From Anaerolineae bacterium (GTDB taxonomy: Bacteria; Chloroflexota; Anaerolineae; S140-20): DNA of 64,000 nt. This document shows, in pieces, positions 58,810 to 64,000 of this stretch (the first letter of the stretch is position 1; every line of letters begins with the position of its first letter). A program made the translations under genes and the position numbers. A model generated the notes under the pieces. That model worked only from the letters and a program-made list of their open reading frames with translations. It was not told the origin of the DNA and ran no database searches. The stretch is taken from positions 64,001 to 128,000 of the forward strand of contig JALUTT010000048.1 in NCBI GenBank assembly GCA_027021705.1, read 5' to 3'.

Positions 58810-59592
58810 TCACCCCTTCAACCAGGCCGTCAGCGCTGCCAGGTCCTCCAGCACCAGGTCGGGCCGAACGGGGCTGGTCTCCAGGTCCTCGCGGCGGGCG
58901 ACGCCGGAGAGCAGCAGGATGGTGAAGAGGCCCATTCGCTGCCCGCCCAGGATGTCCGTCTCCAGCCGGTCGCCCACCATCGCCGTCTCCTCCGGCGAAG
59001 CGCCCAGCCGGGCCAGCGCCTCCTCGAAGAGGGGGGTCTCCGGCTTGCCGATGATGATGGGCCGGGTGTCCGTCGCCGTCTCCAGGGCGGCCAGGATCGC
59101 CCCGTTGCCGGGCAGGAGCCCCCGCTCGCCGGGCCAGGTGCGGTCGGGGTTGGTGCCGATGAAGGCGGCCCCGGCCCGGATGAGGAGGGTCGCCTGGGCC
59201 AGCTTCTCGAAGGTCAGCCCCCGGTCCCAGCCGACGACGACGTAGCGGGCGCCGTCGGCGCTCAGGACGAAGCCGGCCTCCGTCAGCGCCCGGCGCAGCC
59301 CCTCCTCGCCGATGATGTAGACGGGGGTGCCGGGAGGGGCCTGACGTCGCAGAAAGCTGGCCGTCGCCTGGGCCGAGGTGAGCACCGTTTCAGGAGGCAC
59401 GTGGACGCCGAAGCGGGCCAGTTGGTCTACGTACTGCTCCGGGGTCTTGCTGGCGTTGTTGGTTGCCATGATGTAGCGGATGCCCCGCTCGTGCAGCAGG
59501 GCGAAGAAGTCCACCAGCCCTGGGGCCGGCTCCTCGCCTCGCCAGAGCACACCGTCCATATCCAGGATCAACGCTCGTATCCGATTCTTCAC
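58810..59592 (-). CDS. HAD-IIA family hydrolase (NagD-like)
   Basis: LDMDGVLW; TNN; TNPD; IGKP; MVGDRLETDI. Confidence 0.9.
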   Translation of the reverse strand: MKNRIRALILDMDGVLWRGEEPAPGLVDFFALLHERGIRYIMATNNASKTPEQYVDQLARFGVHVPPETVLTSAQATASFLRRQAPPGTPVYIIGEEGLRRALTEAGFVLSADGARYVVVGWDRGLTFEKLAQATLLIRAGAAFIGTNPDRTWPGERGLLPGNGAILAALETATDTRPIIIGKPETPLFEEALARLGASPEETAMVGDRLETDILGGQRMGLFTILLLSGVARREDLETSPVRPDLVLEDLAALTAWLKG

Positions 59593-60230
59593 GGCTGGCT
59601 CCTCGTGGTCGGTTGTGGGGGGTGCATTGCCTGTTGCCACGCGGCCCACTCCTCCGGCGTGTCGAAGTCGGCCAGCAGGAGGGGCGAGTCCACCTCGACC
59701 AGGGCGACCTGGTCGGCATAGCGCTGGAGAAGCCCCCGTCCTCCCCGGTCGCCCTGGACCCGACCCAGTTCGTCGAAGAGGGGGCGGGCGAAGAGGACAG
59801 GGGTGCCACGCCGGCCCCGGTAGGCCGGAGCGACGATGAGAGCATCACCCTGCCGGAAGCGGGCGATCAGCCGGTCCAGCAGCGCGGCGGTGAGGCCGGG
59901 CTGGTCGGCCTGGAGGAAGAGGGCGGCGTCGGCCTCCGGGGGCAGGGCGGCGAGGCCGGCGCGGACGGAGGTGCTGAGCCCCTGGGGCCAGTGGGGGTTG
60001 TGGACGATCTGGAGGGGGCGGTCGCCGAGGGCCTCGCGCATCGCCGGGAGGCGGCTGCCCAGCACGACGATGACGGGGCGGGCCTGGGAGGCCAGGGTCA
60101 CGTCGGCGATGTGGGCCAGCAGGGGCTTGCCCTGCCAGGCCAGCAGTTGTTTGGGCCGGCCGAAGCGGCGGGAAGCGCCGGCGGCCAGGATGACGGCGGC
60201 GACCTGGGGGAGGTCGTTTCGCGTAGTCAC
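59589..60230 (-). CDS. mocA: Molybdenum cofactor cytidylyltransferase-like protein (MocA/YgfJ)
   Basis: VILAAGASRRFGRPKQL; GLSTS; ADQP; GDRGGR; DFDTPEE. True start is likely GTG 60230, not the ORF-track start. Confidence 0.82.
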   Translation of the reverse strand: MTTRNDLPQVAAVILAAGASRRFGRPKQLLAWQGKPLLAHIADVTLASQARPVIVVLGSRLPAMREALGDRPLQIVHNPHWPQGLSTSVRAGLAALPPEADAALFLQADQPGLTAALLDRLIARFRQGDALIVAPAYRGRRGTPVLFARPLFDELGRVQGDRGGRGLLQRYADQVALVEVDSPLLLADFDTPEEWAAWQQAMHPPQPTTRSQP

Positions 60231-61060
60231 AATCCTCGCCTCCACACTTGAAGGACCGGGTGCTCCCGCCCCAGGGCGACCCGAACCACCCGCTCGATGG
60301 GGCCGCTCTCCAGAAGCGCTTGGGCGATGGTGCCCGCCGCCTCCTCGACAGGGAGAGGACCGCCGTCGCCCCCGGCCTGCTCCTGGGTGAGCAGCACCGC
60401 GACCCGCTGGTGCTCCCGGACCCCCTTCAGCCCCCCGGCCGGATGGGCCAACAGCCGGGCCACCCGTTCCGGCGTCATCGGCACGCCCACCGGTTCCCCC
60501 AGCAGCGATGCCGCCACCTCGGCCCGGTGGACCCATTGGGCCTCCAGGGGCCGGCCCACCACCTCCAGCGAGGCGACCAGGACGACCCGCCCGGCGCTGG
60601 CGGGGATGACCGGCTCGTGGGGGGCCGGGGCTTTCAGCCCCTTCCGGCGGGCCCCATCGGCCTCGACCAGCAGCGTCACGCCGGGCAGCGCCTGGGCCAG
60701 CCGGTCCACCAGGGCAGGGGGGAAGCCCGTCAGCTTGATGGGGCGCACCGGCACCCTTTCCTCGTCGTGCAGCAGGCCGGGCGGGAGGGGTTCCGCTCGG
60801 CGGCGGTGGGCGGCGACCACCCGGCGGGCCTGGGCCAGCAGGCCGGGGAGCCGTTCCAGGGGATCGCCCCGCTCTCCCGTCAGCAGGAGGGCCAGGCCGG
60901 GCTCCAACCGGGGCTCCAGGATTTGCGTCGTCGTCGTGAAGAGGACGGGGGCCAGGCCGCTCAGTTCGGCCATCAGTCGCCAGGCGGCCGTCGTCTTGCC
61001 GCCGGCCCCGACGAAGGCGACCCGGTCCCCCGGGTGAACCTGCAAGGCTTCTGCCAGCAT
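60227..61060 (-). CDS. yqeC: YqeC selenium-dependent molybdenum hydroxylase accessory protein
   Basis: VGAGGKTT; TTTT; LVEADGAR..KAPAPHEPVIP; HP.GGLK. Confidence 0.85.
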   Translation of the reverse strand: MLAEALQVHPGDRVAFVGAGGKTTAAWRLMAELSGLAPVLFTTTTQILEPRLEPGLALLLTGERGDPLERLPGLLAQARRVVAAHRRRAEPLPPGLLHDEERVPVRPIKLTGFPPALVDRLAQALPGVTLLVEADGARRKGLKAPAPHEPVIPASAGRVVLVASLEVVGRPLEAQWVHRAEVAASLLGEPVGVPMTPERVARLLAHPAGGLKGVREHQRVAVLLTQEQAGGDGGPLPVEEAAGTIAQALLESGPIERVVRVALGREHPVLQVWRRGL

Positions 61061-61174
61061 CGTCGGCCCTTTCTCGGTATCTCGCCTCCCGATTATAGCA
61101 CACGACCAGGGGAGAGACCAGGCTTTCTTGACTGGTGATTACCCACGAGTGAGCGAGAGAGTGGTCCGTAGCGG

Positions 61175-61251
61175 GCCGTCCACGAATTTCTCACAAATGC
61201 ACGAATGAGGCGGTCCTTAATTCGTGTATTCGTGCCCCATTCGTGGACGGC
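61175..61251. repeat. Hairpin element (CACGAAT/ATTCGTG family)
   Basis: gccgtccacgaat (61175-61187) / attcgtggacggc (61239-61251), with internal cacgaat/attcgtg subrepeats. Confidence 0.75.
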
Positions 61252-61292
61252 TGGTCTCCCTATCTCCAAAGATATGGGTAATCACCGCTTTC

Positions 61293-61320
61293 TTGACACC
61301 CTTTTGCCCTGCGGTACAAT
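61293..61320 (+). promoter_or_regulatory. Sigma70-type promoter
   Basis: TTGACA (61293-61298), 16 bp, TACAAT (61315-61320). Confidence 0.65.
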
Positions 61321-61366
61321 AGGGGCGGCCGGCGACCAGGCCCGTCAGCACGGGAGAGAGCACGTA

Positions 61367-61463
61367 ACCCTCCCGCAGGTCACCGGTCGAGGGCGCTTTC
61401 AGCCCCGATGGGCTACTTGAAGCACGATTTCGCGTCGGAAACGCGCCTAACCTGCGGGAGGGT
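61367..61463. mobile_element. MITE/REP-like element, subfamily A (inverted relative to the 28860 copy)
   Basis: accctcccgcaggt...acctgcgggagggt; interior is the near reverse complement of 28861-28954. Confidence 0.7.
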
Positions 61464-61493
61464 GAACCGTTACGATAGCACAAGGATTCCCCA

Positions 61494-62675
61494 ATGCTTA
61501 AGCGAATCGAGCTGAAGAACTGGCGTAGCGTTCGGGAGCAGGGGCTGAAGTTGGGTCCGGTCAACCTCCTGATCGGCCCCAACGCTGCCGGGAAGTCCAA
61601 CGTTGTGGACGCCTTGCGTCTGTTGGCCGAGGCCATCCGGTCTGATCTGGAGACGGCGGTCACCCGTCGGGGAGGGCTGGAGAGCGTTCGATTTCGGGGC
61701 GCGTCGGAGGGCGAGGAGGTCACGATCTCCATTGACTACTTCGTGCCCGATCCCAGCGCTCCCCACAGCCGGTCGGACATGCGTTACAGCCTCACCATTG
61801 CCCAGGAACCGGAGAGCGGACGTCCTGCTGTGGCCCGAGAGGAACTGCGCGTCAAGGTGCGCCGGAACGAACCCGGTACACAGCGGTTGTGGTTTCGCTC
61901 CCAATGGGGGAAAGGGCGTGCCCTGCGGGATGTGAAGACGGATCAGCGCGAAGCCTTTGACACCGGCGACCCCGGCATCCTTGCCCTCAAAGCCCTGGGG
62001 TTCTTGGCGACGTTTCCCCGCATTCGTGCCCTGCGGGAGTTCATCGAAGGGTGGCAGTTCCTGAGCGTGGACCTGGGGGCGATCCGTCAGCCCCGGCGGG
62101 ATGAGCGGGCTACGCGCTTGGATGGCAAGGCGGCCAATCTGGCCAACGTCCTACGCACGATGCGTAGCTTCAACGCCTCCGGTCTGGAACGCATTCTGGA
62201 CAACTTACGTTACCTTTTGACCCACGTTTCCGATGTGGTCACCGACGTAGAGCACGGTCGGGTGCTCCTCTACCTCGTTGAGCAGCCCTTTGGCTCTTCC
62301 TTCGATGTGCAAGTCATCTCCGATGGCACCCTCCGTCTCCTGGCCCTCTTGACGGCCCTGGAGACGATGCCTGAGCACGGCCTGCTCTGCGTGGAGGAGC
62401 CGGAGCATGGCCTGCACCCGCTGGTCTTTGGCCCCCTGCTGGACATCGTGCGGGAGTACTGTCCTACCGACGGCAGCCGACAGGTCCTGCTGACCACCCA
62501 CAGCCCCGATCTGGTGGATGCTGCCCGGCCGGAGGAGGTCATCGTGGTGGAGCGGAACGAGGAGGGGGCCTCGGAGTTCGAACACCTCTCGGCCCGGCGG
62601 CTCCGCAGGTGGCTCCAGGACTTCCGCCTGGGTGAGCTCTGGCGGATGCGGCAGATCGGGGGGGTGCCCCGATGA
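61494..62675 (+). CDS. ABC-type AAA ATPase (AAA_21-like)
   Basis: Walker A GPNAAGKS; signature SDGTLR; Walker B VEEPEHGLHP; TTHSP. Confidence 0.88.
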   Translation: MLKRIELKNWRSVREQGLKLGPVNLLIGPNAAGKSNVVDALRLLAEAIRSDLETAVTRRGGLESVRFRGASEGEEVTISIDYFVPDPSAPHSRSDMRYSLTIAQEPESGRPAVAREELRVKVRRNEPGTQRLWFRSQWGKGRALRDVKTDQREAFDTGDPGILALKALGFLATFPRIRALREFIEGWQFLSVDLGAIRQPRRDERATRLDGKAANLANVLRTMRSFNASGLERILDNLRYLLTHVSDVVTDVEHGRVLLYLVEQPFGSSFDVQVISDGTLRLLALLTALETMPEHGLLCVEEPEHGLHPLVFGPLLDIVREYCPTDGSRQVLLTTHSPDLVDAARPEEVIVVERNEEGASEFEHLSARRLRRWLQDFRLGELWRMRQIGGVPR

Positions 62676-63250
62676 GCAGGCCATCCCCGTGGACGGTGGT
62701 GCTGATCGTAGAGGACGACTCCGATGGCCATACGTTGAAGGCTTTGGTCGAACGGCTGGGCCTCGCCATCCGCCTGGATTGGCTCCCGGCTAACGGCATC
62801 GGGAACATCAAGCGACGGGGAGGTCTTTTGATCGCGCTGGCCCGGGACCGCATACGCGATGGGCGTGGATGTGTGGCCGTTCTCCTGGACCGGGATGGTA
62901 AGGATGTGACCCGGTCGGAGCCCCATCGTACCATTCGCAGGCTTTGCAGGCAGGAAAAGGTTCCCCTGCTCCTGGCTGTTGAGGCCCTGGAAGCTTGGCT
63001 GCTGGCCGATGCTGGCTGTGCAGGGTGGTTGGGCATAACCTCGCCATCTAACGCCGATAGCGTGGCCCATCCCAAGAAGCAAGTTGAGCGGGCCTATCGC
63101 CGACGAACGGGCCGTTCCTATAACCGCCGGGCTCGGCGCATCTTGGCTGAGAAGGCCGATGGTTCAGCACCTGAGCGCAGTCCATCGTTACGACAGGCAT
63201 TGGCGCACCTAAGCGATTCCCCTTGTGGTGAGATCAGCCTGGCGCGATAG
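62672..63250 (+). CDS. DUF4276-like TOPRIM-fold protein
   Basis: LIVEDDSD; LLDRD; EALEAWLLAD; HPK; SPS. ATGA overlap with the ATPase stop. Confidence 0.7.
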   Translation: MSRPSPWTVVLIVEDDSDGHTLKALVERLGLAIRLDWLPANGIGNIKRRGGLLIALARDRIRDGRGCVAVLLDRDGKDVTRSEPHRTIRRLCRQEKVPLLLAVEALEAWLLADAGCAGWLGITSPSNADSVAHPKKQVERAYRRRTGRSYNRRARRILAEKADGSAPERSPSLRQALAHLSDSPCGEISLAR

Positions 63251-63265
63251 TCAAGGAGGTAGCCG

Positions 63266-64000
63266 ATGGAGCCTGACCGTACCCACGTTGAATCCCCGCC
63301 CCCGGCCCTGCTTATCCGCCGGGGCACGCTGGTGACCGCCGAGGGGCTTCTCCAGGCCGATCTGCTGATCCAGGGGGAGCGCATCGCCGCCGTCGGCACG
63401 GACCTGAGCGCCCCACCCGGCGCCCGCGTCGTGGATGCCGAAGGCCACTACCTGCTCCCCGGCATCATTGACGCCCATACCCACATCCAACTGGACACCG
63501 GCATCTACCAGACCCCCGATGACTGGCTCATCGGCACCCGGGCCGCCGCCTGCGGTGGCGTCACGACGGTGATAGACTTCGCCACCCAGTTCCGAGGCCA
63601 GACGCTGCGCCAGGCCGTGGAAGCGCGGCTGGCGGAGATCGGCCGGCGGGCGGTGGTGGACTACGCCCTCCACGTGATGGTGACCGACCTGCCGCCGGGC
63701 CGGGTCGAAGAACTGGGCGACCTGGTGGAGATGGGCACGCCCAGCATCAAGCTCTACACCACCTACCGGCCCAACTACTACGCCGATGACGCAACCCTCC
63801 TCTATCTCCTCCGGGCCGCCGCCGAGCGGGGCATCCTCACCCTCGTCCACTGCGAGAACGACGCCCTGGTGACGGCGGCCACCCAAGCCCTCGTCGAGAC
63901 GGGACGGACGGGATGGGCCTACCACGGACGGTCCCGCCCCGCCCTGGCCGAGCAGGAGGCGACGGCCCGGGTGCTCTTCCTGGCCGAGGCGGCCGGCGCC
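63266..64000 (+). CDS. Dihydropyrimidinase/hydantoinase-family amidohydrolase (3' partial; absent from the ORF track)
   Basis: Read from DNA: SD aaggaggt; LLIRRGTLVT; LLPGIIDAHTH; AAACGGVTTVIDF; SIKLY; VHCEN. Confidence 0.88.
   Translation, partial: MEPDRTHVESPPPALLIRRGTLVTAEGLLQADLLIQGERIAAVGTDLSAPPGARVVDAEGHYLLPGIIDAHTHIQLDTGIYQTPDDWLIGTRAAACGGVTTVIDFATQFRGQTLRQAVEARLAEIGRRAVVDYALHVMVTDLPPGRVEELGDLVEMGTPSIKLYTTYRPNYYADDATLLYLLRAAAERGILTLVHCENDALVTAATQALVETGRTGWAYHGRSRPALAEQEATARVLFLAEAAGA

Noticed and set aside
59589..61103. 504-aa ORF as a YqeC-MocA fusion or frameshift
   Set aside because: yqeC and mocA are separate intact frames with a GTGA overlap; the extension is shadow sequence.
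63251..63925. Minus-strand 224-aa ORF
   Set aside because: Antisense to the clear plus-strand amidohydrolase starting at 63266.

Overview
High-GC bacterial DNA whose gene content (F420 genes, multi-GAF sensors, ThrC-REC fusion, DUF5667/DUF5666 anti-sigma factor) suggests Chloroflexota, probably Anaerolineae-like; this is inference. Bases 1-26027 form one co-directional signalling cluster. It holds five GAF sensor proteins with no output domain, an orphan amino-acid-binding lipoprotein, and an embedded Rv3378c-like/Rv3377c-like diterpene (possibly terpene-nucleoside) gene pair. It ends with a ~2600-aa hybrid histidine kinase carrying 12 GAF units and a threonine-synthase-like PLP enzyme fused to a receiver domain. 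All five sensors end in the same half-GAF tail, and they and the kinase carry a complementary N-terminally truncated GAF, suggesting a plug-and-socket assembly. The rest of the window has a type II R-M pair, an OppA-like protein, a DUF6516 toxin-antitoxin-like pair, eno, degV, a liv-type ABC transporter, a KdpE-like regulator flanked by MITE-like repeats, ssnA, npdG-cofE, a ClC-CBS channel, a GTAG-REP array, an ECF sigma/anti-sigma/GT-C trio, yqeC-mocA-HAD, an AAA-ATPase/DUF4276 pair and a partial dihydropyrimidinase. No rRNA, tRNA or CRISPR array was seen. All family calls come from motif recognition by eye, not database searches.
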